Source of the DNA: Camelus dromedarius
Taxonomy: Eukaryota
Assembly (NCBI RefSeq): GCF_036321535.1
Contig: NC_087472.1
Location: forward strand, 93,002,001 to 93,066,000
Reading direction: 5' to 3'
DNA: 64,000 nt
The first letter of the stretch is position 1. Each line of letters starts with the position of its first letter. The notes under the pieces were generated by a model. It ran no database searches. It was given only the letters and a program-made list of their open reading frames with translations, and was not told the DNA's origin. Shown piece after piece: positions 1 through 12,625 of the stretch. The position numbers and the translations under genes were made by a program.

Positions 1-158
1 ATAAAATGATCACATCTCAAGTTATATCTGGTAGGAAATAGAATTTTTATATATTTTAAAAGATTCCTATTTTCAGTAGTAGACGACAGGAAGAAGTTCA
101 AAATAGTTATTTTAATAAGTATGATCACACAAAATACCAACAAAAATACATTTAACTT

Positions 159-243
159 TATACATATATATGTGTGTGTGTATATATATATGTGTGTGTG
201 TGTGTATATATATATATATTTATACACATATACACATACATGC
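159..243. repeat. Compound (TA)n/(TG)n microsatellite
   Basis: tacatatatatgtgtgtgtgtatatatatatgtgtg... seen directly. Confidence 0.95.
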
Positions 244-304
244 ACAGAGGACAGAAATCAGTGACAATAATTTTTAAAATCCCAAAATGATTGCTGCATA
301 TATA

Positions 305-1434
305 TTATCAATAAGCTGCTATTAGAATTGGAAGGCTTTTCCACCGGGCACTGAGCCCCCCACTTTCAGGTAGGCTCTCATAAACACACTCAGACAAATG
401 GTTCTCATAATGGTGGCAAACGTCAGAGCCTGTCAGGCACTTATTTGAGTTTTACCTAGATCAATGAAATTGTGGTTTAAATCTATTCCTCTGCTCTGCT
501 TTCAGAGAATTGAGGTCAGGTAGAAAAAGCCACCCTCTTACACCCTTAGTTCAGACCTGCTATCTTGTCTCTAGTTGACTTTTGACTACCTCTGCATAGA
601 AAGTCATTATTTACTCCTTTACTATTGGTTAACTTTGAGATGCCCTAATTAAGCATTCATACTTCAGGTGTGGTAAATTAGCATTGGAACAGACTAATTA
701 GAATATGCTTTCCTGTTTTGGCTTCAGTTGTCTCATATCACAGCAATGCAAGAAGGTTTAATAATTTACATACTAGCTATTTAAAATTATTTTTCATTGC
801 TGAAATGAATGGTATTTCAATATACAGATACTAGTTAGGAAGAATGAACTGGCACCTCTGACCCTGCGTGAGCAGGTAAAACCCTCTGAGTGGCTTTCTT
901 TATCTAGGGTTCTAGTTAGCATGCTTGGCTTGAACAAAGATTCTGTGGTGTCCGTTCCAAAGTTAGCCGAACCTGAATGCTAACTGTAGTTCAGGTACTT
1001 CAAGTGACTCTTTCATGCAGGTTTCTTGTCGGAGAGACTTAAAAAGGCAGAGGGGTTAGAACTTCATGAATTTACATGGAGAGGCCATGTTTATTTGCTC
1101 CTAAATGTTTGCATGTTTGAGAATTTGGTTTGAGATTTAAGATACCACTGGAAATGAGGATGCAGAGAAAGAGCTTATTTCAAGGAAAAATTGACATAAG
1201 CCTTACTCATTTACATAAGCCTTCCATTTTTAACAGACTTTGGATTTCACATATCATCTGTAGGTTGATATAATAGTCACCAAAAATACACATAATTTCA
1301 TATTATTCTCTCTTGTAACTTGTTGTTATTTATTTTAAAAATCCGGTGGTTTATGGAGGCTGCTCATTACTGGCAATATACCTAATAATTGAAAAAAACC
1401 CACTAAATCGGCTTGAGTCTGTTTCAACAAGGCC
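305..1434 (-). pseudogene. Collagen pseudo-exon cluster 9 (most 3' part inside the window)
   Basis: Exons: 1207-1434 (aactag|GLV ETD..GFF..ASN EQP..GDY, donor gtaagg); 1076-1147 (72 nt, GIL..GAN..GLS); about 900-1037; about 536-644 (GIS KLT NSK GVN NDF LCR GSQ KST RDK..GLN..GVR); about 305-455 (GKT..GSD..SLP ESG GLS). Confidence 0.75.
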
Positions 1435-1664
1435 CTAGTTAATGCTCATGTCTCCTATTTTTATAGCCTTTTAACTGGTGTCCTCACCTCCAGCTTCTCC
1501 ATATTTTAATCCAGAATATTATAATAATGATCCCTGAATGCTAACTTATTTTCCTCATTAATTGGAGTGGTGACTTATCAATTTCCTAGGACTGCCAAGG
1601 CGGGAAGTAATCTTACAAGGGGAAGGTGCCTGGATGCTTGGTCAGGACTTAGAGGTGGGAAGTA

Positions 1665-2780
1665 AAATCAAATATATAGAAATCAATGTTTTTTATAGAA
1701 TGTATGAAAACAACAGTCAATTAAAAATGTAGTGGTAGAAAAGATCTCATTTACAGTAGTGTCAGAAAAGAATTACCTAGGAATTAAACCTAATGAAAAA
1801 TGTCCAAGACCAATATGAAAAAATAACCTTAAAGCAACTTGAAAGACAAAAAAGTAAACATAAACAAATAAAAAGACTTACCATGTACTTAGATTAAAAA
1901 AAAAACTCATAGGATGTAAGGCTACTCTGAAAAGATGTGTGCATGTGGTAGGATGGCCAATTTTGCTCAGGATTTTCCTGGTGTTAAGTACTAAAAGTCT
2001 CACATTTTCAGGAAATCCATCAGTTCCAGGTAAATAGAGAGGACTGATCATCCTACCATGGGGTTATTTATTGTAGCACTCTATGTAAGAGAAAAAGACA
2101 AAAATCACTCAAAAATCCATCAAATGTGCACTGTTTGAATAAACATGGAACATCTATACAGCTGCTCTGTAGCAGTTTGGAGGGATGGGGTTGGAGGGGA
2201 TGAGAAAATTTGATTGCTATACATTTCTGTGGAATTATTTATAAGACTTTTTGTTGCATGAAAGAAAGACAGAAAGAGGAAAGAAGGAAGGAAAGATGGA
2301 AGGAAAAATCAGAAGAGAATATTTACTATGTGAATGTTTTATAAGAAATTGAATGAAATATTAATATTTATCTATTTTCTTATATTTTCAAACATAAAAT
2401 TTTGTTTTATAAACAATTAAAATGACTAGAAAAGGGGAAAGGATACAATGGGTGAAGAGACTGAAATGGAAACTAGAGGTCTCTGTGCAACATTTTATAA
2501 TTTTAATGTATGAACCATATAAATTTAAAAACAATATTGAATCAAAAACTTTAAAAAATACATATGAAATTGAAAGAAATTACCTTTGTACCTGTGTATC
2601 AATTTGGTGGCATAACCACAGAGAGAGGAATTATTTTGAGTAATTTTGAAACATAATATTTTGAGTGAATAATCCTAGTGGGCAATATTCCAAAGACCAA
2701 AAGAATGTCAAAGACATCTTAAATTTCATTTGGTAGACTTATTGTTAACAAGAAAACTGGTACTGTGATTTTGTAATTAC
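1665..2780 (+). mobile_element. Old L1M (L1ME/MD-like) ORF2 and 3' fragments
   Basis: Degenerate L1 ORF2 motifs (tacctaggaattaaacctaa, atccatcaa..tgaataaacatgg) and an L1MD-like 3'UTR. Confidence 0.65.
1947..2057 (-). mobile_element. MER81-like hAT-Blackjack MITE
   Basis: About 110 bp with terminal inverted repeats ggtaggatggcca / tgatcatcctacc and a MER81-like core. Confidence 0.7.
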
Positions 2781-2974
2781 ACACACACATAACTACACAC
2801 ACAGATTATATACATATATTTATATATAATATATGTATGTACACTCACAGTTGAACCTTGTGAAATTGCTACTATTCCGTTATTGATCTATATGTTACAT
2901 TAAGGTGGCTCAGCTTCATATATATATGTAGAAGAAGGAGGAGGAGAAGGAGAAGAAGAAAATACGTGTGCAGA

Positions 2975-3355
2975 TAGGTCAGCTAAGATGAGGACTGAGA
3001 ACTGACCATGGTTTTAGAGATAATAGAGGTCATTGGTGAACTTGACAGATACGTTTTTCTTGGATAGGTGGAGGTATAAAATCAAATGAATTGGTTTTAA
3101 GAAAAAATTGAAGGTGAGATTAAGTACAGTGAGCATAGGCAACTATTTTGGAGAAGTTTTGCTGTCACAGAAAGCGTAAAAATGGGGTAGTAGCTACTCT
3201 GGGAAAGAGGATCAGGGAAACATGATTATGAGATGAGAGATAATACAGCATGTTTATATGCTGATCAGAATGATCTAGTAAAGAGAGAAGAAAGTGATGA
3301 TGTAGGCTAGACTGAAGATGATTTCTGGAGCAATGTTTTTCAGTGGGTGAGAGGT
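2975..3355 (-). mobile_element. L2 LINE fragment
   Basis: aagatgaggactgagaactgacca..gaggtcattggtgaacttgaca..gagaagttttgctgt, typical L2 antisense sequence. Confidence 0.8.
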
Positions 3356-3364
3356 ATGCTTGAA

Positions 3365-3653
3365 ATTGGCCATTTCTAATGGATGTGGGACTTCTCTAAG
3401 AGGCAATGGCTGCTTGATTTCCCATTGACCTGGCCCAGACACTCTCAGAACTGCACTCCAGTTTGAGACTCTTACTCAGTTCTTCCTCCTTTTCCCACTT
3501 TCAGAAGTGTCAGATCTTCACTGAGGTCTGAAGTCTTTCCTTGACTTCTCTTGCTCCATCACACGTTATCTTTCACATGCAATTCTCCAGAAGATCTTAT
3601 GCACTCCAAATCTTGCCTTGACTTGTGCTTCCTGGAGAACCCAGATTGATTCA
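3365..3653 (+). mobile_element. ERVL LTR16-like 3' LTR fragment
   Basis: Ends tgcttcctggagaacccagattgattca, resembling the LTR16-family 3' terminus. Confidence 0.6.
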
Positions 3654-3955
3654 CCTTGTAGAGTTACCTTCAATAGTGCTTCAGGAGTAGCCATCATATA
3701 AAAATTTTCCTAATCCTGTGGAAATCCAATATTTTATTTGCTTTCTCTTTTACATTAGTTTAGTGAATTGGATTTTCCTAGAAAATTATCTATTTCATAC
3801 CAAAATTTGAATTTATTTATGTGTAGTTGAGCAAAATAGCCTCTTAAGAGTCTTTTAATTTCCTTGCTTATTTCTTATTTTATTTATTTGTGCTTTCCCT
3901 TTTTTTGATTTGGTTAACTCAAATGTTATCTATTTAACTATTCTTAATAAAGAGA

Positions 3956-5740
3956 AACTTTTCTATTGAGGTTTGGTTGATTTATAATATTGTGTTAGTT
4001 TCAGGTATACAGCAAAGTGATTCATATGTGTATATATATATATTTTTTTTCAGGTTCTTTTCCATTATAGGTTGTTGCAAGATATTGAATATAGTTCCCT
4101 GTGCTATATAGTAAATCCTTGTTGTTTATCTGTTTTATATATAGTAGTGTGTATCTGTTAATCTCATACTCCTAATTTATACCCCTGCCCCTTTCTTCTT
4201 TGGTAACCATAAGTTTATTTTCTATGTCTGTGAGTCTGTTTCTGTTTATAAATACATTCATTTGTATTTTTTTTTTTAGATTCTACATATAAGTGATATC
4301 ATATAACATTTGTCTTTCCCTGACTTACTTTACTTAGTATGATATTGTCTAGGTCCTTCCATGTAGCTGCAAATGGCAAGATTTCATTCTTTTTTATGGC
4401 TGAGTAGTATCCCATTGTATATTTATTATCATACCTTCTTTATCCATTCATCTGTTGATGGTCACTCAGGTTGTTTCCATATCTTGCCTATTATAAATAG
4501 TGCTGCTATGAATATTGGGGTGCATGTCTCTTTTCAAATTAGAGTTTTCATCTTTTCCAGATATATGCCCAGGAGTGGGATTGCTAGATCATACGGTAGC
4601 TCTATTTTTAATTTTTAAAGTAACCTCTATACTGTTCTCCATAGTGGCTGCAACAATTTACATTCTCACCAACAGTGTAGGAGGATTCCCTTTTCTCCAC
4701 ACCCTCTCCAGTATTTATTACTTGTAGACCTTTTGATGATGGCCATTCTGACTGCTGTGAAGTGATACCTCATTGTAGTTTGGTTTGCATTTCTCTAATA
4801 ATTAGCAATGTTGAGCATCTTTTCATGTGCCTGCCTGTTGGCCCTTTGTATTTCTTCTTTGGAGAAATGTCTAATTATGTTTTCTTCCCATTTTTTGATT
4901 GGGTTCTTCATTTTTTAGATATTGAGTTGTTTAAGTTGTTTGTAGATTTTGGAAATTAGCCCCTTGTTAGTTGCATCATTTGCAAGTACTTTCTCTTAGT
5001 CCCTAGACTGTCTTTTCATTTTGTTTATCGTTTCCTTTTTCCCTTTGCTGTGCAAAAGCTTTAAAGTTTGATGAGGTCCCATTTGTTTATTTTGGCTTTT
5101 ATTTCTTTTGCTTTGGGAGACTGATCTAAGAAAATACTGCTACAATTTATGTCAGAGAATTCTTGCCTATGTTCTCTTCTAAGAGTTTTATGGTGCCATG
5201 TCTTACATTTAGATCTTTAAACCATTTTAAGTTTATTTTTGCATATGGTGTGAAGGAGTGTTCTAATTTCATTGATTTACATGTGGCTGTCCAGCTTTCC
5301 CAACACCACTTGCTTGAAGAGACTGTTTTTTCTCCATTGTATATTCTTGCCTCCTTTGTTAAAGATTAATTGACCATAGGTTTGGGAGTTTATTTCTGGG
5401 CTTTCTAGTCTGTTCCATTGATCTATGTGTCTGTTTTTGTGCCAATACCACACTGTTTTGATTACTGTAGTTCTGTAGTATTGTCTGAAGTCTGGGAGAG
5501 TTATGCCTCCAGCTTTGTTCTTTCCTTCAGTATTGCTTTGGCAATTCTGGATCTTTTGTGATTCCATATACATTTTAGGATTATTTGTTCTAGGTCTATG
5601 AAAAATGTCATGGGTAAATTGATAAGGATCACATTAAATCTGTAGATTGCTTTGGGTAATATGGCCATTTTGACAGTATTAGTTCTTCCTGTCCAAGAGC
5701 ATGGGATATCTTTCCATTTCTTTGAATCATCTTCAATTTC
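3956..5740 (-). mobile_element. 5'-truncated cetartiodactyl-type L1 (ORF2 C-terminus plus 3'UTR)
   Basis: ORF 5277..5573 has [42 protein letters not shown] (L1 ORF2). TSD taataaagaga at 3945-3955 and 5741-5751. Confidence 0.95.
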
Positions 5741-5751
5741 TAATAAAGAGA

Positions 5752-6810
5752 TGGTTTTGAATTATTAATGCTATCAATAACTGCTTGTTTTCCTTATTTC
5801 TTTTCTGCAGTTTTAGTTAGTATTTCCTCTTTGACTCAACTAGTATATAAAAATACTTAAAAAGTTTTAGTAGATAAGGGCTTTTTCTTTCTTGGTTTTG
5901 TTATTAACATCTAGATGTATTCCCAACAGAGAATGTTGTGTTATTTGTCCTATGTCTACATTTTGCAGCAGTTTGTTGAGATTTTCTTTGTGGCTAACAT
6001 ATTATAGACTTTAAAGACTATTATAAGATTTTTAAGAATGGGTATTTGGAAAGAACTTATATTTTCTCCTTTAGTAGTACAGTATTTGGTTTACTTTATA
6101 CTATATTTTATCAAATATTTTATTTTCATATGATATTCCTTAGAAATTTTTTGGTCCTTTTGATCTTTTTATGGCCCAAGAAAGGTAAATTATTATCTTT
6201 CATCACCAGTGTTATTCTCTCCTTGTTCTTTTATGATTTGGTTTTTGCCGTATGAATGTTTTTGCTGTTATCTGATGTATAGATATTCATAAGTATTACA
6301 ACTTCATTGTGAATTTTACCATTTATTTTTATAAAATAGCTGTGTCTCCTTTAAAACTTATGACCTGAATTTCATTTAAATTAATATATTAAGAATCGAA
6401 TCCTGATTCCTTTTTTATTTGCATTTATTTATATAACTTTGCCATCCTTTTATTAGTTAAGTAATTTTGTGGAGCCTCAGTTGAACAGATCAGTTAAACA
6501 TAATTATTGGTTTATGATGCTTTATCATCACTGATTCATGCTTTCCCTTCGTTTATCTGTTTATTACATAGTAAATACCCAGAAGCCCACCATCCAACTC
6601 AATCCAAGAAGAGATCCTTAAAATTAGCTTACTATTCATAAGCACCTTCTGTATTGCAGTCTCCTGCTTCCACGACACCCCTCTTACCCTCAGGTATCTA
6701 CTATCCTGAATTTGGTATTTATTATACTCTTACTTTGAACACAGCAGTTTAAATATATAGTATTTAGTTTTGATTATTTTTGAACTTTTTAAAAAAGATG
6801 TTATGCTCTT
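5752..6810 (-). mobile_element. Old L1M fragments (continuing from about 3700-3945)
   Basis: T-rich degenerate L1 antisense sequence (tttgttgagattttctttgtggctaa, ctatcctgaatttggtatttattat). Confidence 0.55.
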
Positions 6811-6825
6811 TGAGGTTGTGGATAC

Positions 6826-7529
6826 AGGGAGACATGAACAAATTGTCTGCCATTGTTAACAGTCCATAGGTAGGTCACATAGGATGTGAACATAAGGTTC
6901 ACTGAAGTATTGTGTTAGAGTGATGGATTCAGAGACAGCCTGAATTACTTAAACTCTCATGTTGCAAGATGTAGAGATTGACTCATGTAACCTTTGTTAA
7001 TAGAATATTATTATAAAAATTTTGGGACAAGAAAGGAGGAAGTAGTGGCAACATCTGCTTAGAAGTACTGGTAAATAATTGGAAGATAATTCCAGATAAG
7101 ACAAATCACTAGTGACTGTACTATGTTATTTTCCCTTCTCTAGTTCCCTGACACTTTTGTGATTCAGCTGTTGTTTCCTTGTTACTGTCAATCAATTGGT
7201 TATAATTTGGAGTGATACTTTGATGAGCTCCAATATTCACCAGGTGCAATGGGGACTGATACTGGGTGGTGTCTTTGTGCCTTGTCACCCTTGGCTATTG
7301 GTAAATTTTTAAATGACTATTGCTGAGTCAGATCTTCATCACTAATTCAGGTCAGCCTAGAGTGCCATTTGAATAGATATCTTTGTGTGAGGGGCTGACA
7401 TTTGGATGACACTAACCAATATTAATTTTCTTCTCCACCTTTCTCCTAACGCTTTCACATTCTTCTGCTCCCGTTGAGTCCAGTGAGTTTAGTGAGGCAT
7501 TTAATTATTTACTCCAGGGAAGGTAGGCC
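6826..7529 (-). pseudogene. Collagen pseudo-exon cluster 8
   Basis: Exons: 7417-7529 (FP GVN..CLT KLT GLN GSR RM*, donor gttagt); about 7121-7356 (AK GDK AQR..SNK ETT AES..GTR; possibly two exons); 6826-6991 (SNS GCL *IH..SEP..GRQ). Confidence 0.8.
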
Positions 7530-7622
7530 ACAAAAAAATCTCAGAAATAACAAAAGAATCAAATGAGTTTCTAAATAAGTTTTTAAAATTCTTTAGTATA
7601 TGTGGGGTTTTAAAGGCAGACT

Positions 7623-8021
7623 TTTTTTAAATTGAAGTATAGTTAACATACAATATTATATAAGTTTTAGGTATACAACAAAGTGATTCGAAATTTGTGT
7701 TCATTGTGAAAGCATCACCACAATAAGTCTAGTTACCATCTGTCATCATACCAAGTTAATACAATATTATTGACTATGTTCCTCATGCTTTACTTTATAT
7801 CTCTATAACTTACTTATTATCTAACAGGCATTTTGTACTTCCTGATTCCCTTCTCCCACTTCACCCCTCTCTCCTCCCTCTGGCAACTACTAATTTTTTT
7901 CCATATCTTTGAGTCTAGGTTTTGGTTTATTTTGGTTTTTTGTATTTTAGATTCCACATGTAACTGAAATAATGTAGTATTTGTCTTTCTCTGTCTGACT
8001 TATTTCACTTAGCATAATACC
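7623..8021 (-). mobile_element. L1 3' end (L1MA-like)
   Basis: aattgaagtatagttaacatacaatatt..ttagattccacatgtaa..gacttatttcacttagcataat; near-TSD aaggcagact / aaggcacagact. Confidence 0.9.
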
Positions 8022-8211
8022 AAGGCACAGACTAGATTTTCAAGATCTGAGTTTTTTGAGAGAGAAACATGAGGAGTTTGTTATTTTGTTTGGCTTTGTT
8101 TTATATCCAGAAGTTTGGCATCAGATAACAAAAGCCAAGGATCAAAATAAATAAGGACTTAAAATGATTTTAGCATCATGGATAAAAGCAAAGACAAAAG
8201 AATTAGGCTAC

Positions 8212-9323
8212 TTTGTCCTTAGGAAGAAGACTGGGATCCAATGGGGGAAGGGTTGATGAAGGGTACAGATGTTTTCAGGGAAAGGTGGATGGGGTGCCAG
8301 AGAAGAAGTGCTCTCACTAGCAGGAGGCAGAGCTGGCATTTGTAGACTGTCTCCCTAGGTCTAATTCCCCTCCTCATGATTACACATCCACACCAGCTAG
8401 TTAAGCATTCGATCAGTCCCAGGAGAGCATCCTCCTTTTAATGATCCAGGAACCATTAAATGTCCAGGAATGTTTTGGCATGGGGCCTGGAAAATCCAGA
8501 GGAGCACTTCTTCCATTTGTACTGGGAGGTCCTGGGGGAAACAGGACTGTGCTTTCCTGAGATGACCAGGAGAGTGGTGAAACTCTATAGTAAATCGAAA
8601 CAAAAGTGAATTTGTATGGGCTAGACTTTGGTTTATTGTAAATGCCTTTCCAACAATCAGATTCCCCCCATCCCCCATGACCCTTAGCATAATACTCATG
8701 CCTGCAAATCCTAGCTCTCCTCAAGTATATTATATAATGTGTAATGTATGTAACAGTGCTTACCTTCAATTTTTTTGTTATATTTGAAATATATAGAACT
8801 GGGCCAGGTATAAGGAAAGGATGATACCAGCTAGACATTTTTGACTCACTGACTCTCTCTTTGCTGCTTGTGTGTAACTTGCTAGAGGCACTTTTTTTTT
8901 CAATAAATACATCTTAAAATTTATATATTCTTTGTGCTTAGATGATTTTTGACTGTTTAAGTCACAAAATTTGGTACTGACTCATTTCTTATGAAGGCTT
9001 TGCTGATAAAGCACAATTTCCAAGTGCCTTATATATTTTCTTGGTTAATTGCTTCCCCTCCACCCCAGGGAACTGATACAAGATAGTTCAATATATGAAA
9101 TCAAACATATTGATAACATTTTTATAATATTAAATGTTTTCACAGAAATATATAAGGCATACCAATGTGTTCAATTAAAATATGTAAATTTTTTCATTTA
9201 TGAGAGAATTGGTAGCAGCAAAAAAGTCAGTCTGTTTCCCATGAATTCTATTAATAGAGTACAAAACATTCCACATCCCACACCTCTATGGGCTATTTTA
9301 CCCCATGTAGTCATTGAAATAGG
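8212..9323 (-). pseudogene. Collagen pseudo-exon cluster 7
   Basis: Exons: about 9202-9323 (DYM G*N..EFM GNR); about 8978-9090 (FP GVE GKQ); 8764-8881 (AAK RES VSQ..CLA GII..IP GPV, consensus donor AAG|gtaagc); about 8386-8584 (SP GHL..PP GPP STN GRS APL DFP GPM..IP GHL..SP GTD); 8212-8316. Confidence 0.85.
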
Positions 9324-9432
9324 CTGTTAAATTGTGCACAATTTAAACAGTCAGGTAAAGTCTTTCTTCAGCTTCACACACACTAGAGGTTTAATTTTAA
9401 AAAGAAATGTTAAAAAACTTAAAGTATACTAC

Positions 9433-9894
9433 TGTTGATGAAAAAATTAAGCAGTCGATCTAAGAAAGAAATGGAAAATTTTATGCGAGCCAAATTGAGG
9501 ATTATAACCTGGGAACAGCCTCTCGGAAAACTCCTAAAACTATTCTACCAGTTGGAGATCAAGGCACAGTTATATAAGTTTTGAGACAGAGGGCTGTACA
9601 TTAAATGATGCATTATTGATAGTTTACACAATCTAGTGAGTAGTGGGTCATGGGTCATCATGGGCCCTTTCAAGATTAAGAAGGAATGTTATCTTTAAAG
9701 GAGTTGTCCTGGTGGTGTAAGAGGATGTTGCTCTCAATGGTTGAGCAGGTGTTCTTGCTGTTGGGGAGGTTTGGTTGATGCATCATGTAGATACACAAAG
9801 CACAGCAGAGGGGAAAGAGGAAGACAAAGGGTGGAGAAAAATTTTGTATATTTAAATTTCTCTTCTCTTGCTATAAAATATGAAGTATATTTCA
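9433..9894 (-). mobile_element. Solo ERV LTR (ERV1-like)
   Basis: TG...CA termini, flanked by tactac / tactag; LTR-like composition. Confidence 0.75.
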
Positions 9895-9988
9895 TACTAG
9901 TACTCTGTATAGTAAAATACAAGGACATTTTAATGTTATAGTACATTCTTAATAATCACCTAGAGAATACTTTTGAAAAAACAACTGA

Positions 9989-10547
9989 TACAGGGGAGCA
10001 AAACTTGCCACTCTGAAATATCTCTTTGGCATGTGGATTATTTCCAGCAGAAAACTATCAGAGCCCAAAAGACTCAGGAAGAAACTTTGACCTTCCCTCT
10101 AACTGCCTAAAGAATTTAGATAGAGGACCAGAACAGAGCTATCGCTAGGAATGTCTGCAAAGAACATGGGTTAGGTGTGCTGTGGGAAACCCAGCAGGGC
10201 CTAGAGATCAGAGTCCACTCTGTGTCCCATAGCTTCTATATGACCCAGCAAATATTTGTTTACCAAACATTTTCTTTTCCATCTCCCTGTGAACTGCCTT
10301 CCTCCTCTTTTAAGTTCTAAACCACTACCCCCAACATCGTCTTTTGTCTGTAGCTGCAGATGGTATGTTCAAGGTGAGGGTTTCAACCATTTTGGCTAGT
10401 TCCTCAATTTTTCTGGGTCTCTCCCGTGTCTACATGTTATTAAACTTTTGGGTGATTTTTCTCCTGTTAATCTGTCTCATGTCAATTTAATTCTTAGGCC
10501 AGCCAGAAGAACCTAGAAGGACAGAGGGAAATTCCTTCCTCCTGTCA
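9989..10547 (+). mobile_element. Solo ERV1 LTR (MER34/MER39-like)
   Basis: 4-bp TSD ctga on both sides; attaaa poly(A) signal followed by tttctcctgttaatctgtct..agaacctagaagg. Confidence 0.85.
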
Positions 10548-10565
10548 CTGACATAAGCATTATAC

Positions 10566-11850
10566 TATGCCATAGGCACAATTCTAGATTCAGTTGAATT
10601 TTTTTCCCTAAAATACCTAATGAACTCATAATTCTTGAATGTCCAATCAAACCAATTCTGTGGATGAGGGATCGGGGATGAGTGGGTAGAATGCAAGTGA
10701 ACATTGATAGCATGTGACTGTCAGGAAGACCTAACTGATCGTAGAGACCTTATGGTTGCTGTCCTTGTGACCCCAAGGAGCAGAAGACAAGTGATTTTAG
10801 GGCCAAAGAAGAAAGAAAATCAAACTGAGGAAAATAATAAAGAGAAGTAAAAAGAGAAAGGGCAAGACTGAAACCAGTAGGGGAAGAAATAATATGAGAG
10901 GGTGTGGAGCGTGGGTGGCTGGCTGGGTAAGTGACTGAGGAACGAAGGGGAACAGAATCATATGAAATTATGATACAGACACTTTGTTTCATCAGCACAA
11001 TGCTTTGTCATTCTCACAACAACTCTTTAAGATGGAGGAGCTCTAATTGTCTCATTTTATAAACGAGGCAACTGAGGCCATAGACAAGTCGTAAACATAG
11101 TGCTGGAGTGGCACTAGAACAGGAGATTCCTAGATCTGGGAGGCAGGGTTTCCCCTTCTTTATTGACATCGGTATAAACCATCTTTTTAATGGCATTCAT
11201 TCAGAATATTTGCATTGAAACCCAAAGGTTAGACCTGTTAGTCTGCACACATTAAAAGAGGAAAAGTGATTCAGAATAAGAAAAAAATTTGTCATAAGAG
11301 TACAGTATTTCTAAGACTTTATTTTTACTGCAGTGGGGCAAATTGCTCAACTTCACAAGTTTGGTGGAGCAGTACAGTGTTCTTAGTATGGAGATTTTAC
11401 TTAAAATGGTGCTTATACAAGAAAAGATTATTGGATGCCTTTCTGTCTCCATTCTTTCTGAAGAGGCAAAATATTTTATGTGAGCCAATCCAATTGCAGA
11501 CACAGTACGGATTGTTTGCGGGAATGCTCTGTTTTCAAATTCCCTGAGGCATTAGAAAGTTTAATGTTTCTGATGAAAAGCATTAATCTGACCATGAAGT
11601 TGTAAGAAATAAGGTGAATATTTCAGAAATTGAAGCAGCATAACATTTCTTCCCCAACCAAACAGTGTTGTTGAAAATGGTTCATTTGGTCAAATTCATT
11701 CCTATCATCCTCTCAGGTGCCAACAAATCTAGCACAACTAATGTGGAGCTGATTCAAGAGATAAAAATCCTATATATGGTCTAGTTCCAGTTTAGTTATA
11801 ATAAAGTTCTTTGGTAATGCAAGAATAAGGGTCCATTACATAATACACGT
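10566..11850 (-). pseudogene. Collagen pseudo-exon cluster 6
   Basis: Exons: about 11646-11850 (RFV GT* EDD..GEE); about 11308-11543 (gcctcag|GI*..SIP..SAI GLA); about 11128-11242 (GFQ CKY..GKP CLP DLG); 10714-10804 (GPK..GSQ GQQ P* GLY DQL GLP DSH); 10566-10657 (GLI GHS RIM SSL GIL GKK). Confidence 0.85.
10985..11127 (-). mobile_element. MIR SINE
   Basis: cacaacaactct..cattttataaacgaggcaactgaggc, the MIR core in antisense. Confidence 0.75.
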
Positions 11851-12294
11851 AATGTATACAGAGAAAAATATCTAAATATTTGATAAACATACCATACCAG
11901 AAATGATATTTTTAAATCCATTTTCTCCTCTCACATAGTAGAATGTTAAAGAGGAGGGTCTCTAGAGTTCTAAAATATTTCCTATCATTCTTTTTCAGTA
12001 CAATAACTGTGAGACCAGAGAAGATGGGCTTTGAGGGGCACAGTAGTGACCAAGAAAAGACTCTTGCTCTCAATTTTTTTTTTTTTTTTTTGCTTTCACT
12101 CTGACATCAGGAGTCTTAAGTATTATCTGAGAGAAGAGACAGAGGGCAAAGTAACTCTACTTTTAGCCAAATCCATTGTTTTCTCTCTCTCCCTCCTTTT
12201 CCTCACCTCTCCCTCCTTTATATCCCCTCTCTCCAGCTGTTTCATTGACAGCTTTAAGGAAAACAAGACAGACATTTTTGGAATGGAAAATCAC

Positions 12295-12495
12295 CCAAGT
12301 TCTTGAGTTCAATTACTTATTAGGGATGACTAAGAAATTTCCTTATTTTCTCTAATTCTCAGTAAACTTGGTGAAATGAAGACAGTAACAGAACCTATGT
12401 CATGGAGTTTTTGTGAGTATTGAATGAAATATGCAAGTAAAGTTTACAACAGCTGGGGCATAGTAAACCTGCAATAAACCTTCACCATTATTTTA
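12295..12495 (+). mobile_element. MIR SINE
   Basis: gaacctatgtcatggagtttttgtgagtattgaatga..ggcatagtaaacctgcaataaa. Confidence 0.75.
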
Positions 12496-12625
12496 TTATT
12501 GAGGAAAGACTATTGTCAATTACTCTAATTATGGTTTTTTGTTTGTTTGCTATTTAATTGATCTGCCCTGCATAAGAGCTTCAAAGCAATCATGCAAAAA
12601 GTGCACTATTCTACTTTTCTGCTAC